NCBI GenBank assembly: GCA_051887235.1
Contig: JBJEZE010000112.1
Location: 10,146 to 74,145 of the forward strand
DNA from: Butyricicoccus sp.
GTDB lineage: Bacteria; Bacillota; Clostridia; Oscillospirales; Butyricicoccaceae
Length of the DNA: 64,000 bases
Direction: 5' to 3'
Each line of letters opens with the position of its first letter. The stretch's first letter is position 1. Below are positions 30,874 through 42,614 of this stretch, piece by piece. The notes under the pieces are model-generated. The model did no database searches and was not told the origin of the DNA. It saw only the letters and a program-made list of their open reading frames with translations. The position numbers and the translations under genes are program-made.

Positions 30874-32040
30874 TTACTCCTTCAAGATTCCGCACTCGTC
30901 AATCCGACGGCAGGCTTCCTGCATGCGTTCCGGCGGGACAACCAGCGCCATGCGGACATACCCTGCACCCAGCTCACCAAAGCTGTCACCCGGTACAACC
31001 AGCACGCCTGCGCGCTCCAGCAGCTCGATGACAAACGCACCGGTGTCCGTAAACCGCTCCGGAATCTTCGCCCAGACGAACATCGTCGCCTTGGAATCCG
31101 GCACGTCCCAGCCGATCCGGCGTAAACCGCCGCACAGTGCGTCCCGGCGCTCCTGATACCGCCGGCGGTTGCGCTCCACAATATCCTGTGGGCCGTTCAG
31201 CGCGGCGATCGCTCCCAGCTGCGCCGGACGATACATGCCGTAGTCAATCTGCGAGCGAAACGCATAGAATTTCTGAATCACGTCCCGATTGCCCAATGCA
31301 AAGGAAACGCGCATACCGGTCAGGTTATAGGTCTTGGACAGCGAGTTCATCTCAATGCCGACATCCATCGCGCCCGGCACAGACAGGAACGAGATTCCCT
31401 TTCCGCCATCCATGACGAGGTCGGAGTAGGCATTGTCGTGTACCACAATAATGTCATGCTTTTTGGCGAAATGCACCAGACGGCAGTAAAATTCCTCGTC
31501 CGCCATCGCCGTGGTCGGATTATTCGGATAGGAAACCACCATCATCTTCGCATCGTCCGCAATGGATGGCTCAATTTCGTCAAAATCAATCAGATACTGC
31601 TTGTCCTCACGCAGCGGCATCAGACCGACCTTGGCTCCCGCCAAAAACGGGCCAAACGAAAACACCGGATAGCCCGGGTCCGGAGCAAGTACCAGCTCGC
31701 CCGGCTTGACGAACGGAAGCGCGACGTGCGCAATTCCTTCCTGCGAACCGCTGACCGACATGATCTCATCGTATTCCAGAGACACGCCATAACGGCGTTC
31801 GTACCAGTTATGTACCGCTTCCTTGAGCTCCGGAATATCGCCCAGCGTATATTTATAGTTGTCCGGATAGCGGGCCGCCTCGGACACCGCTTGCATAACG
31901 TGCTCATCCGGCGGAAAATCCGGCGTGCCGACCGACAGGTTGATCACGTCCTGTCCCCGCGCCAGTACCTTCTGCCGGCTGTCCTCCAGCAGATTAAAAA
32001 TGTTCTTTTCTACATCCCCCTGCGGACGCATGTATTTCAT
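30874..32040 (-). CDS. class I/II PLP aminotransferase (LL-DAP aminotransferase-like)
   Basis: YPNNPT, HDNAY, SLSKTYNLTGMR. Confidence 0.85.
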   Translation of the reverse strand: MKYMRPQGDVEKNIFNLLEDSRQKVLARGQDVINLSVGTPDFPPDEHVMQAVSEAARYPDNYKYTLGDIPELKEAVHNWYERRYGVSLEYDEIMSVSGSQEGIAHVALPFVKPGELVLAPDPGYPVFSFGPFLAGAKVGLMPLREDKQYLIDFDEIEPSIADDAKMMVVSYPNNPTTAMADEEFYCRLVHFAKKHDIIVVHDNAYSDLVMDGGKGISFLSVPGAMDVGIEMNSLSKTYNLTGMRVSFALGNRDVIQKFYAFRSQIDYGMYRPAQLGAIAALNGPQDIVERNRRRYQERRDALCGGLRRIGWDVPDSKATMFVWAKIPERFTDTGAFVIELLERAGVLVVPGDSFGELGAGYVRMALVVPPERMQEACRRIDECGILKE

Positions 32041-32139
32041 ACGAAACACCTCGCAAAATTCTTTTTTATTTATTGTACCACAACCGGAGAAATCATGCTA
32101 TAATGAAGGAACAGTTTATTTCCCTTTGGAGGAATTTTC

Positions 32140-32952
32140 ATGGAAATCTCACGCATTGCGTTTGAAAAACTGCAAAACACCCGTGATTTGGGGCAATTCA
32201 TTACGACAGACGGACAGCGCATCCGTCCGCGCCGCCTGCTGCGCAGCGGCAACCTGCACGATCTGAGTCTGGAAGACCGTGCGATCCTGCAAAATGATTA
32301 TCAGCTGCGCGTCGTCATCGACTTCCGCACCGAGACCGAGCGGAGCGGCGAGCCGGACACCAAAATCGGATCGGTGGAGTACCTCTGGATTCCGATTCTG
32401 GACGAGTCCACTCTGGGCATCACGCGGGAAAGCGAGACGCAGCAGAGCGGACAGGAACAGCTGATCGCACTGCTGAAAAGCGCAAAATTCGATGCCAAAG
32501 CGTACATGACGGACATCTATCGCCAGCTGGTGCGCAACGAATTCAGCCGCGGCCAGTACCGGCGCTTTTTCGACACGCTGCTGTCCGCCCCGGAGGACGG
32601 GGCCGTGCTGTGGCACTGTTCCGCCGGCAAGGACCGCGTTGGCATCGCCACCGTGCTCCTTCTCTCCGCGCTGGGCGTGGCTCAGGATGTGATCACGGAG
32701 GATTATCTGGCAACCAATTCCTTCTATCAGGAAACCCTGTTCCAAATTATTGCACAATTAACCCACAAAGCCGGAACCAAGGACATTATTCCGCAGATCG
32801 ACGCATTTTTCTCGGTTGCGCCGGAATATCTGGACGCCGTCCGGGATGAAATCGACGTACATTTTGGCGGAATGGATGCATTTCTGGAGCAGGAAATGGG
32901 ACTGAGCGAAGGCAAACGCGGTGCGCTGAAGGAAAAATTCCTGATCCCGTAA
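32140..32952 (+). CDS. tyrosine-phosphatase family protein
   Basis: NTRDLG, IDFR, HCSAGKDR (CX5R). Confidence 0.88.
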   Translation: MEISRIAFEKLQNTRDLGQFITTDGQRIRPRRLLRSGNLHDLSLEDRAILQNDYQLRVVIDFRTETERSGEPDTKIGSVEYLWIPILDESTLGITRESETQQSGQEQLIALLKSAKFDAKAYMTDIYRQLVRNEFSRGQYRRFFDTLLSAPEDGAVLWHCSAGKDRVGIATVLLLSALGVAQDVITEDYLATNSFYQETLFQIIAQLTHKAGTKDIIPQIDAFFSVAPEYLDAVRDEIDVHFGGMDAFLEQEMGLSEGKRGALKEKFLIP

Positions 32953-33035
32953 CGCCCCTTTTCTTCTTATAACGGAACAAACAGCCGACAGCAGATTCGC
33001 TCTGCCATCGGCTGTTTTTTGTTTTGAATCAGAAA

Positions 33036-34112
33036 TTATCCCTTGATATTCGCACGGACAATTTCGCCCATCTCAGAGGTGGACAGAACCGTCTCACCCG
33101 CCTTGGCAATGTCTGCGGTGCGGTGACCATCGTTCAGCGCCTTCTCGCAAGCTTCTTCGATGCACGCTGCCTCTTCCGGCAGGTTGAACGAATAGCGCAG
33201 CATCATTGCGGTGGACAGGATGGTCGCAATCGGATTGGCGATGCCCTTGCCCGCAATATCCGGTGCGGAACCGTGGATCGGCTCATACATGCCCAGCGAG
33301 GTCTCGCCCATGGATGCGGACGGCAGCATACCGATGGAACCGGTGATCATGCTGGCCTCGTCGGACAGGATATCGCCGAACAGATTGCCGGTGATAATGA
33401 CGTCAAACTGTCCCGGATCGCGCACCAACTGCATCGCGCAGTTGTCGACGTACATGTCCTGATACTCGACCTCCGGGTACTCCTTGGCAATGCGGTGCAT
33501 GGTCTCACGCCAGACGCGGGAGGTCTCCAGCACGTTGGACTTGTCAACCGACGTAACCTTCTTGCCGCGCTTCATGGCCATCTCAAAACCGACACGGCCA
33601 ATGCGCTCGACCTCGGAGACGGAATAGTTCATGTCGTCCCAGCCGGTCTCACCCAGCGGGGATTCACGGCGGCCGCGCTTGCCAAAGTAGACATCGCCGG
33701 TCAGCTCACGGCAGACCATGATGTCAAAGCCGTCTCCGATGATCTCCTGCTTGATCGGGCAGGCATCCGCCAGAGCGGCATGCATCTGCGCCGGGCGCAG
33801 GTTGACAAACAGTCCCAGATTGGAGCGGAGACCCAGCAGCGCCTTCTCCGGGCGCTTGTCTGCCGGAACCGAATCCCACTTCGGACCGCCGACCGCACCC
33901 AGCAGAACGGAATCCGACGCCTTACAGGTGTCCAGTGTCTCCTGCGGCAGCGGAATTCCATACTGGTCAATCGCACATCCGCCCGCCAGACACTCGGTAA
34001 AGTGGAAGGTATGGCCGTACTTTTCTCCGACGACCTCCAGGGTCTTCATGGCCTCGGTTACGATTTCCGGGCCGATGCCGTCACCCTTGACAACTGCAAT
34101 GTTAAATTCCAT
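33036..34112 (-). CDS. leuB: 3-isopropylmalate dehydrogenase
   Basis: GDGIGPE, NLFGDILSDE, EPIHGSAPDIAG. Confidence 0.96.
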   Translation of the reverse strand: MEFNIAVVKGDGIGPEIVTEAMKTLEVVGEKYGHTFHFTECLAGGCAIDQYGIPLPQETLDTCKASDSVLLGAVGGPKWDSVPADKRPEKALLGLRSNLGLFVNLRPAQMHAALADACPIKQEIIGDGFDIMVCRELTGDVYFGKRGRRESPLGETGWDDMNYSVSEVERIGRVGFEMAMKRGKKVTSVDKSNVLETSRVWRETMHRIAKEYPEVEYQDMYVDNCAMQLVRDPGQFDVIITGNLFGDILSDEASMITGSIGMLPSASMGETSLGMYEPIHGSAPDIAGKGIANPIATILSTAMMLRYSFNLPEEAACIEEACEKALNDGHRTADIAKAGETVLSTSEMGEIVRANIKG

Positions 34113-34113
34113 C

Positions 34114-34608
34114 TCACTCGCCCTCTCTTTCCTTCAAGCTCTTGAGCAGACCGCCTGCCTGAATGATGTTCTGCAGGAACGGCGGGAAGGCCGCCGCCTG
34201 GAAGGTCTGACCGGTCGTGATGTCCGTGATGATACCGGTGTCGAAATCAACCTCGACCTCATCACCGTTGGAAATCGCGTTGGCCGCTTCCTCGCTCTCC
34301 ATGATCGGCAGACCGATATTGATGGAGCTGCGATAGAAAATGCGCGCAAACGAAGACGCAATGACACAGGATACGCCGTTGTCACGGATGACCTGCGGTG
34401 CGTGCTCACGGGACGAACCACAGCCAAAGTTCTTGGTCGCTACCATAATGTCGCCCTTTTGTACCTTCTTGACAAACTCGGTGTCGATGTCTTCCATGCA
34501 GTGCGTTGCCAGCTCAATCGGGTCGGCAATGTTCAGATAACGCGCCGGGATGATAACGTCGGTGTCCACGTTGTCGCCATATTTAAAAACAGAACCTCTT
34601 GCTTTCAT
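34114..34608 (-). CDS. leuD: 3-isopropylmalate dehydratase small subunit
   Basis: [24 protein letters not shown]. Confidence 0.95.
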   Translation of the reverse strand: MKARGSVFKYGDNVDTDVIIPARYLNIADPIELATHCMEDIDTEFVKKVQKGDIMVATKNFGCGSSREHAPQVIRDNGVSCVIASSFARIFYRSSINIGLPIMESEEAANAISNGDEVEVDFDTGIITDITTGQTFQAAAFPPFLQNIIQAGGLLKSLKEREGE

Positions 34609-34623
34609 CGTCTGATGTCCTCC

Positions 34624-35886
34624 TTAGTCCAATTCCGCCGGGTCGGTGATGTAGCCGGTCACTGCGGATGCAGCAGCGACTGCCGGGTTTGCCAGATAAA
34701 TTTCGGACGAAACATGGCCCATACGGCCGACAAAGTTGCGGTTTGTGGTGGAAACCGCACGCTCACCGTGCGCCAGGATGCCCATGTGACCGCCCAGGCA
34801 CGGACCACAGGTCGGCGTGGACAGGATCGCACCGGCTTCGACGAAGATCTTCGCCAGACCCTCTTCGATGCACTGTAAGTACACGCTCTGGGTCGCCGGG
34901 ATCACAATCGTGCGGACGTTGCTCTTGACCTTACGGCCCTTCAGGATGGCTGCGGCGTCGCGCATGTCCTGAATGCGTCCGTTGGTGCAGGAGCCGATGA
35001 CGGACTGCTGAATCTCAATCTTGCCCAGCTCGTCAACCGTCTTGGTGTTTTCCGGCAGGTGCGGGCACGCAACCGTCGGGCGCAGAGCGGACAGGTCAAT
35101 CGTGTATTCCTCATCGTATACCGCATCCGGATCCGCCTCATATGCGGTGACCTCACGGTCAATGCGGCCGGTGATGTACTCCATGGTCTTTTCGTCAACC
35201 GGGAAAATGCCGTTCTTGGCGCCGGCTTCAATCGCCATGTTGCAGATGGTGAAACGGTCGTCCATGGTCAGGGACGTTACGCCCTCGCCGGTAAACTCCA
35301 TCGAACGGTACAGCGCACCGTCCACGCCGATCTTGCCAATGATGTGCAGGATGACGTCCTTACCGGAGACATACTTCGGCAGCTCGCCGACCAGATTGAA
35401 CTTGATCGCGGACGGTACCTTGAACCATGCACGTCCGGTCGCCATGCCGGCCGCCAGATCGGTCGATCCGACACCGGTGGAGAACGCGCCCAGCGCACCG
35501 TAGGTGCAGGTGTGGGAATCCGCGCCGATTACCAGCTCACCCGGGCCAACCAGACCTTTTTCCGGCAGCAGAGCGTGCTCGATGCCCATCGCGCCGACGT
35601 CAAAGAAGTTGACGATCTCGTGCTTGCCCGCAAATTCACGGCACTGCAGGCACTGCTCCGCAGACTTGATGTCCTTATTCGGCGCAAAGTGGTCCATGAC
35701 CAGCGCAATTTTTGTCTTGTCAAATACGGTTTCAAAACCAGCCTTCTCCAGCTCGCGGATGGCAACCGGTCCAGTGATGTCGTTTGCCAGCGTCAGATCG
35801 AGCTTTGCCTCGATCAGCTGACCGGCGGACACGCTGTCCAGCCCGGCATGCTTCGCCAGGATCTTCTGGGTCATTGTCATAGCCAT
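34624..35886 (-). CDS. leuC: 3-isopropylmalate dehydratase large subunit
   Basis: [28 protein letters not shown]. Confidence 0.95.
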   Translation of the reverse strand: MAMTMTQKILAKHAGLDSVSAGQLIEAKLDLTLANDITGPVAIRELEKAGFETVFDKTKIALVMDHFAPNKDIKSAEQCLQCREFAGKHEIVNFFDVGAMGIEHALLPEKGLVGPGELVIGADSHTCTYGALGAFSTGVGSTDLAAGMATGRAWFKVPSAIKFNLVGELPKYVSGKDVILHIIGKIGVDGALYRSMEFTGEGVTSLTMDDRFTICNMAIEAGAKNGIFPVDEKTMEYITGRIDREVTAYEADPDAVYDEEYTIDLSALRPTVACPHLPENTKTVDELGKIEIQQSVIGSCTNGRIQDMRDAAAILKGRKVKSNVRTIVIPATQSVYLQCIEEGLAKIFVEAGAILSTPTCGPCLGGHMGILAHGERAVSTTNRNFVGRMGHVSSEIYLANPAVAAASAVTGYITDPAELD

Positions 35887-35903
35887 AGTGATTTCCCTCA
35901 CTC

Positions 35904-37415
35904 TCAATCGTTCAAATATTTGTTAATACCGTTGATGTACGCCTTGATGGAAGCTTCCACGATGTCGGTGGAGATACCGCGTCCGGTAATGACCTCATGG
36001 TCGCCGTCAAAGCGGATCTTGACCACGGCTTCCGCCTGCGCGTCCTGACCGTCGGTCAGTGCCTTCAGCGAGTAGTCCAGCAGCTCGATGTCGCAGCCGA
36101 CAATCTTGTTGATCGCTGCAAACGACGCATTGACCGGGCCGTCGCTCAGCGCAACGCGCTCAAAGACTTCATCGCCGCGGATCACCTTGATGACCGCAGT
36201 GGTATTGATGGTGTTGCCGCTGTTGATGACGTAATCCTTCAGCGTGTAACGAACCGGGCCGGAAACCGGAACAACACCGATGATCGCTTCCAGATCGCGA
36301 TCCTTGATGACCTTCTTCTTGTCTGCCAGAGCCTTGAACTTTTCAAATGCCTTGTCCAGCTTCTCCTGCGTCAGGTCATAGCCCAGCTCCTTCAGACGCG
36401 CCTCAAAGGCATGGCGTCCGGAATGCTTGCCCAGTACAATCGCATTCTGCGGGATACCGATGGACTCCGGCGTCATGATCTCGTAGGTCTGCGGGTTGTT
36501 CAATACGCCGTGCTGGTGGATACCGGACTCATGCGCGAACGCATTCATACCGACAATCGGCTTGGTCGGAGCAATCGCCACGCCGGTGATGGTCTCGATC
36601 ATGCGGCAGGAACGGTAGATCTGCGTGGTATCAATGCGGGTGTCCACGTCAAAGTAATCCTTGCGGGTGCGCAGCGCCATGACGATCTCCTCCAGAGAGG
36701 CATTGCCTGCGCGCTCGCCGATGCCGTTGAGGGTGCACTCGATCTGACCGATGCCAGCTTCCACGGCAGCCAGAGAGGTAGCAACGCCCATGCCGAGGTC
36801 GTTGTGGTTGTGGCAGGAAATCGTGACGTTCTCGATGCCCGGAACGCGCTCTCTCAGATAGCGGATCAGGGATGCGTATTCCGCCGGCAGCATATAGCCG
36901 TTGGTGTCCGGAATGTTGACGGTCGTTGCACCGCTCTTGATAACCGCTTCCAGAACGCGGCACAGGAATTCCGGATCGGAACGGGTGGCGTCCTCACAGG
37001 AGAACTCAACATCCGACACATATCCCTTGGCATACGCAACCATGTCGCTCGCGCGCTGCAGAACTTCCTCCGGCGTCATCTTGAGCTTATACTGCATGTG
37101 AATCGGGCTGGTGGCGATAAAGGTATGGATGCGCGGCGCAACCGCATTCTTGACGGCGTTGTACGCTGCGTCAATGTCCTTCTTGGTAGCCCGTGCCAGC
37201 GAACAAACAGACGAGTTCTTGATCGTGTTTGCAATCGCGGCAATGGCTGCCGCATCGCCCGGCGACGCGATCGCAAAACCAGCTTCGATGATGTCTACGC
37301 CCAGCGTTTCCAGCTGACGCGCGACCTCAATCTTTTCGCGCAGATCCATGCTGCAGCCCGGGGACTGCTCGCCGTCTCTGAGTGTCGTATCAAAAATTTT
37401 AATCATTCTTGACAT
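35904..37415 (-). CDS. leuA: 2-isopropylmalate synthase, standard bacterial type
   Basis: [31 protein letters not shown]. Confidence 0.95.
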   Translation of the reverse strand: MSRMIKIFDTTLRDGEQSPGCSMDLREKIEVARQLETLGVDIIEAGFAIASPGDAAAIAAIANTIKNSSVCSLARATKKDIDAAYNAVKNAVAPRIHTFIATSPIHMQYKLKMTPEEVLQRASDMVAYAKGYVSDVEFSCEDATRSDPEFLCRVLEAVIKSGATTVNIPDTNGYMLPAEYASLIRYLRERVPGIENVTISCHNHNDLGMGVATSLAAVEAGIGQIECTLNGIGERAGNASLEEIVMALRTRKDYFDVDTRIDTTQIYRSCRMIETITGVAIAPTKPIVGMNAFAHESGIHQHGVLNNPQTYEIMTPESIGIPQNAIVLGKHSGRHAFEARLKELGYDLTQEKLDKAFEKFKALADKKKVIKDRDLEAIIGVVPVSGPVRYTLKDYVINSGNTINTTAVIKVIRGDEVFERVALSDGPVNASFAAINKIVGCDIELLDYSLKALTDGQDAQAEAVVKIRFDGDHEVITGRGISTDIVEASIKAYINGINKYLND

Positions 37416-37459
37416 AACTTCTATCCTCCATAAATGATAATGTGTACTGAAAAAACAAA

Positions 37460-37725
37460 AGAAAAAGCTTTCATCCCTATCCAAAATCCGATAAGAGACG
37501 AAAGCATACTTCCGCGGTACCACTCCTGTTGCCGAATCATCGGCCGCTCATGCATCCAACAATGCATTTCCCATATAACGGTGGGAGTCCCGTCCTCGCT
37601 TACCAAGCAGATCGCCGTTCAGCGGGCTGTTCCGGGGTGAGCTTCACTGCGTCGCGCCGCTGTCTCGCACCAACCGACAGCTCTCTGAACACACTGGGCA
37701 ACTACTTTACCCGTTCATCACATTT
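37460..37725 (-). ncRNA. T-box riboswitch (Leu specifier CUC)
   Basis: Promoter TTGACA-17-TATACT at 37746-37774; AGAGA and GGTGCGA; GAAG-CTC-A; GAGTGGTACCGCG; terminator. Confidence 0.9.
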
Positions 37726-37838
37726 CAGAATATAAAACTGGAATCAGTATAACAATTTCCAGCGGTTCTGTCAAGAGTCTGTTGAAAAATTGTGAATATG
37801 ACGAGAAGCGATATTGCGCCGTATTCCCGTCCGCCGGA

Positions 37839-38765
37839 TCACCCCGCATACACCTCTAAAAACGCTTTCACCGTCCGCCGCATGCCGGTCAGGAAGTCCG
37901 TATACTGCAGTCCCAGCTCCCGCACGATGCGGCTTCCGTCAAACAGCTCGCTTTCCTCCTCCGTAAGCGGGAACGGCAGCGGAATACGCTCCTGTGCGAT
38001 CTGCCGCAGCGATACCGCGCGGGTCGCGAATTCCCATTCCCCCGCCCGGCGCAGCGTTTCCATATATCCCGGATAGTCCAGGACTTCCGGCGCGCTCAGG
38101 TTGTACTCGCGCCCCTTTGCCCGCTCCTGTTCGATTGCACACATAATCGCATGCGCCGCATCGCCGACATAGACAAACTGGAATTTCCCCTCGGCGGTAT
38201 CCGGGACCGGGACCGGCTGTCCCGAGACAATGGTTTTGACATACCACGATTCCCGCGGGGCGTAATTGAACGGTCCGTAGAGAAAGGCCGGACGCAGAAC
38301 CGTCCGCGGGATGCCCAGACGATCGCATACCTCGCAGCTCTCATGCTCCAGCTGCATCTTGTGATACACATAATCCCCGATTTCTCCGGGATGACGCTCG
38401 GTCAGCAGCGGGGTCTGTTCGTCCTTCGCCCCACGACAGCGTCGGTCGTACACATCGCAGGTGCTGATCAGCACATACTGTCCCACCCGTCCGGGCAATG
38501 CTTCCAGCAGCGTGCGCACCTCTCCCGGCTGATACGCGCAAAAATCCACCACCGCGTCATAATCCTGCTCCGGCAGGGCCGCCAGTGCGGCACGGTCATG
38601 ACGGTCACAGTGGTATTCCGCTTTCACGCAGGGCAGATGTGCCATGGAAAACCTCCCCCGGTTCAGCAGCGTCAACTCATAATCCTTCCCTTCCTGCTCA
38701 GTCAGCAGACAGAATACGCGGCCGAAGAAATATGTCCCACCGACAACCAGAACGCGCTTTCCCAT
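37839..38765 (-). CDS. NAD-dependent epimerase/dehydratase family protein
   Basis: VVGGTYFFG, YVYHK (YxxxK), LRPAFLYGP. Confidence 0.85.
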   Translation of the reverse strand: MGKRVLVVGGTYFFGRVFCLLTEQEGKDYELTLLNRGRFSMAHLPCVKAEYHCDRHDRAALAALPEQDYDAVVDFCAYQPGEVRTLLEALPGRVGQYVLISTCDVYDRRCRGAKDEQTPLLTERHPGEIGDYVYHKMQLEHESCEVCDRLGIPRTVLRPAFLYGPFNYAPRESWYVKTIVSGQPVPVPDTAEGKFQFVYVGDAAHAIMCAIEQERAKGREYNLSAPEVLDYPGYMETLRRAGEWEFATRAVSLRQIAQERIPLPFPLTEEESELFDGSRIVRELGLQYTDFLTGMRRTVKAFLEVYAG

Positions 38766-39027
38766 CCCTTTCGTCCCCTTTCTCTCTCCATCTATTATAG
38801 TAGTATCATTATACCATAGTTTCGGACGGCGGAACAGTCTCGCGGGACGATACGTTTTCCAAACAGCCATAGGAAATCCGGACATGCAGGGGCCGTCGCG
38901 CTTTCCAAACGGCACAATATGTACAGATTTACCACATTTATTTCGTCCTGATTTTTTGTATTCTATTTGATTTGCACCTTGACACACCGTCAAAGCGCGT
39001 ATATAATAAAGACAATTTCAAAAACAG

Positions 39028-39308
39028 CAAATGCGATGACGGAGAAAAGTAAAGCCTCATCCAACCCAACAGGGAGCATCGGTCGCGACTGAAAACCGAT
39101 GCGGGGCGCGGACGGTTTGAAGTTCTCTCCTGAGCTTTCGCGCTGAACATCCAGTAGGCGCGGACGGTCTCCCCCGTTAGCGGGATAGAATATCGGGCTT
39201 CCCGGCTCCGTATTTGAAGAAAGTGCGGCCAATCTATGGCCGAATTTGGGTGGTACCACGGAATGTATGTCTTTCGTCCCTTGTTTACGGGAAGAAAGGC
39301 TTTTTTTA
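39028..39308 (+). ncRNA. T-box riboswitch (Phe specifier UUC)
   Basis: Promoter TTGACA-17-TATAAT at 38979; GAAG-TTC at 39123; AATTTGGGTGGTACCACGG; terminator. Confidence 0.9.
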
Positions 39309-39363
39309 TGCCCATGCTGTTTTCCTTGCCGGGAAAATCTAACGGAATAAGGAGAAACAAATC

Positions 39364-40377
39364 ATGATCGTTGTAATGAAGAAAGGCGCCCCGCAGGCGG
39401 AAATTGAAGCGCTCTCCCAATGGATTGAGCATTTCCATGTAGCAGTGAATCCGATTGTCGGCGAAGAGACCACCATTCTCGGACTGGTCGGCGATACGTC
39501 TGCGATTGATCGGGATACCCTGATGCTCAACCACTGGGTCGAGCGCGTTATGAAGGTGCAGGAGCCGTTCAAGCTGGCCAACCGCGCGATGCATCCGGAC
39601 GACACGATTGTCAACATCGGCGGCGTGCAGGTCGGCGGAAACAGAATCGCCGTTATGGCCGGCCCGTGCTCGGTCGAAAGCGAGGCACAGATCTGCGAGA
39701 TCGCAGAGGAAGTGCAGCGTCAGGGCGCAACCATTCTGCGCGGCGGCGCGTGGAAGCCGCGTTCCTCCCCGTACTCCTTCCAGGGACTGAAGGCAGAGGG
39801 TCTGGAACTGCTGTGCAAGGCAAAGGAGAAGACCGGTATGCCGATCGTCACGGAGATCACCAATCCGGCGCACATCGAGCTGTTCCTGGACAAGGTTGAC
39901 TGCTTCCAGATCGGCGCGCGCAACATGCAGAACTTCGAGCTGCTCAAGGAGATCGGCAAGACCGACAAGCCGGTTCTGCTGAAGCGCGGCTTTGCCAACA
40001 CGCTGGAGGAGTTCCTGATGTCCGCGGAGTATATCATGGCGGGCGGCAACGAACAGGTCATCCTGTGCGAGCGCGGCATCCGCACCTACGAGACCTACAC
40101 CCGCAACACGCTGGACATCAGCGCTGTTCCGGCACTCAAGCGTCTGAGCCATCTGCCGGTTGTGGTTGACCCGTCGCATGCCGCCGGTATCTACTGGATG
40201 GTCGAGCCGCTGGCGATGTCTGCGGTGGCGGCCGGTGCAGACGGCCTGATCATCGAGGTTCACAACGACCCGGCGCACGCGATGTCCGACGGTGCACAGT
40301 CACTCACCTACAAGCACTTTGACCGCACGATGGGCAAGCTGCGCAGCATCGCGGCCGCCATCGGCAAGGAGATTTAA
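39364..40377 (+). CDS. aroF: DAHP synthase (class I-beta, with N-terminal regulatory domain)
   Basis: AGPCSVES, KPRSSPYSFQG, QIGARNMQNF, DPSH. Confidence 0.95.
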   Translation: MIVVMKKGAPQAEIEALSQWIEHFHVAVNPIVGEETTILGLVGDTSAIDRDTLMLNHWVERVMKVQEPFKLANRAMHPDDTIVNIGGVQVGGNRIAVMAGPCSVESEAQICEIAEEVQRQGATILRGGAWKPRSSPYSFQGLKAEGLELLCKAKEKTGMPIVTEITNPAHIELFLDKVDCFQIGARNMQNFELLKEIGKTDKPVLLKRGFANTLEEFLMSAEYIMAGGNEQVILCERGIRTYETYTRNTLDISAVPALKRLSHLPVVVDPSHAAGIYWMVEPLAMSAVAAGADGLIIEVHNDPAHAMSDGAQSLTYKHFDRTMGKLRSIAAAIGKEI

Positions 40378-40379
40378 TC

Positions 40380-41420
40380 ATGTATCATCTGTCTCTGCAA
40401 GGCTCACTCAGCCTGTCGGATATCTATATTGGCAGCGGTATGTTCGCCAAGACCGCCAAGCACGTGGCGGAAAAATTCCACCCGTCCCGCATCCATGTGG
40501 TGACGGACAGCACCGTCGCTCCGCTGTATCTGGATGCCCTGTGCCAGCAGTTCCCGCTGCACATCTCCACCACCATCATCCCGGCCGGCGAAGAACACAA
40601 AAATCTGGATACCGTTGCATCCATTTACAATGACCTGTGTGAGGCGGGTCTGACCCGCAGCGATTTGCTGATCGCGTTGGGCGGCGGCGTAGTCGGTGAC
40701 ATCACCGGTTTCGCAGCGGCTACCTACCTGCGCGGCATCAGCGTGTGTCAGATTCCGACCACTCTGCTGTCGCAGGTGGATTCCTCGGTCGGCGGCAAGT
40801 GCGGCGTCGATCTTCCGCAGGGCAAGAATCTGGTCGGCGCGTTCTATCAGCCGGAACTGGTCATCATTGACACGGACATCTTGAACACCCTGCCCGACCG
40901 CATTTTCTGCGACGGCATGGCAGAAGTCATCAAATACGGCTGCATCGCCAACCGCGACATTCTGGAGCTGATTTCCGCGCCCGACTTCAAGGACAACATG
41001 GAGCAGATTGTATACGAATGTGTCCGAATCAAACGGGATGTCGTCCAGCAGGACGAACACGACACCGGTCTGCGCATGATCCTGAATTTCGGTCACACGC
41101 TGGGTCACGCGGCGGAAAAGCTGGGGCATTACGTCGATCTGAGCCACGGGCAGGCAGTCGCGATCGGCATGGTCGCTGCTGCAAAGCTCAACGCGCTGTT
41201 GGGCGGCAACGACCTGTCCGACACGATCATCGCCGCATGCAATGCACATCATCTGCCGACTGATCTGCCGTACGAACGCAGCCTCATCTGCGACGCTCTG
41301 CTGACCGACAAGAAGCGGGAGGCCGGTACGATGAATTTCGTACTGGTGGATACGCTGGGCAAGGCGGAGATCCGGAAAATTCCGGTAGAGGAACTGCAGG
41401 CTCTGGTCGAGCAGCTTTAA
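40380..41420 (+). CDS. aroB: 3-dehydroquinate synthase
   Basis: GGGVVGD, PTTLLSQVDSSVGGK, LNFGHT. Confidence 0.96.
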   Translation: MYHLSLQGSLSLSDIYIGSGMFAKTAKHVAEKFHPSRIHVVTDSTVAPLYLDALCQQFPLHISTTIIPAGEEHKNLDTVASIYNDLCEAGLTRSDLLIALGGGVVGDITGFAAATYLRGISVCQIPTTLLSQVDSSVGGKCGVDLPQGKNLVGAFYQPELVIIDTDILNTLPDRIFCDGMAEVIKYGCIANRDILELISAPDFKDNMEQIVYECVRIKRDVVQQDEHDTGLRMILNFGHTLGHAAEKLGHYVDLSHGQAVAIGMVAAAKLNALLGGNDLSDTIIAACNAHHLPTDLPYERSLICDALLTDKKREAGTMNFVLVDTLGKAEIRKIPVEELQALVEQL

Positions 41421-41516
41421 ATCCAAATAGTATACACGAAATATCAACATTTTGAGGAGAATCCGCTGGATTCTCCTCAACGTGCTATCAAAAGCAACCG
41501 AAAGGAGAACAAATGT

Positions 41517-42614
41517 ATGGGCTCTGTTTGGGGCAATAACCTGAAACTCAGCATTTTTGGCGAATCACACGGCGGCGGCATCGGCTGTGTGCTGGACGGA
41601 TTCCCGTCCGGCGTCTCCTACGACGAGGACTTTGTTCTGGCTGAGATGGACCGGCGCGCTCCCGGCAAAAACCGCCAGTCGACGGCCCGCCGGGAAAAGG
41701 ATCTTCCCAAGGTACTGTCCGGTGTGTTTGAGGGCAGAACCACCGGCACGCCGGTTTCCTGCGTCATCGAAAACACCGACACCCGTTCGGGCGATTATAA
41801 AAATCTGGTCGAGCACCCCCGTCCGGGGCACGCCGACTACACCGGCCGCATCCGCTTTGACGGCTGCAACGACCCGCGCGGCGGCGGACATTTCTCCGGC
41901 CGTCTGACGGCTCCGCTGGTATTTGCGGGCGCAATGTGCAAGCTGTTTCTGAAGAGCAAAGGCATCGAGGTCGGTTCGCATATCGCCGCGATCGGACAGA
42001 TTGTGGACACTCCGTTTGACGACATCAGCGTATCGGCGGAGCAGCTGGCCGCGCTGCGCCAGCAGGAGTATCCGATCATCAACCCGCGCGCCCAGCAGGC
42101 CATGCTGGACCTGATCGAGCAGGCGCGTATGCAGCAGGATTCGGTCGGCGGCATCATCGAATGTGCTGTCACCGGTCTGCCGGCCGGTCTCGGCTCCCCG
42201 ATGCTCCAGCCTGCCGAGGGACGCATCTCCTCCCTGCTGTTCTCCGTTCCGGCGGTCAAGGGCGTGGAATTCGGCGCAGGCTTTGCCATCTCCTCCCTCT
42301 TCGGCTCGGAAGCCAACGACCGCATGATACTGCAGGACGGCGTCGTCCGCACGGAGACCAACAACAACGGCGGCATTCTGGGCGGCATCACCAGCGGCAT
42401 GCCGGTTATCGTCCGCGCCGCGATCAAGCCGACCCCGTCCATCTCCAAGGAGCAGCAGACGCTGAATCTCACCACCGGACAGGTTGAGCCGCTGGTCATC
42501 AAGGGACGGCACGACCCCTGCATTGTCACCCGCGCCGCGCCGGTTATCGAAGCCGCCGTCGCGATTGCGATCACCGATTTGTATATGGAGGCCTACGGAT
42601 ATGCGTCAAATTGA
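41517..42614 (+). CDS. aroC: chorismate synthase
   Basis: FGESHG, RPGHAD, GRHDPC. Confidence 0.96.
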   Translation: MGSVWGNNLKLSIFGESHGGGIGCVLDGFPSGVSYDEDFVLAEMDRRAPGKNRQSTARREKDLPKVLSGVFEGRTTGTPVSCVIENTDTRSGDYKNLVEHPRPGHADYTGRIRFDGCNDPRGGGHFSGRLTAPLVFAGAMCKLFLKSKGIEVGSHIAAIGQIVDTPFDDISVSAEQLAALRQQEYPIINPRAQQAMLDLIEQARMQQDSVGGIIECAVTGLPAGLGSPMLQPAEGRISSLLFSVPAVKGVEFGAGFAISSLFGSEANDRMILQDGVVRTETNNNGGILGGITSGMPVIVRAAIKPTPSISKEQQTLNLTTGQVEPLVIKGRHDPCIVTRAAPVIEAAVAIAITDLYMEAYGYASN

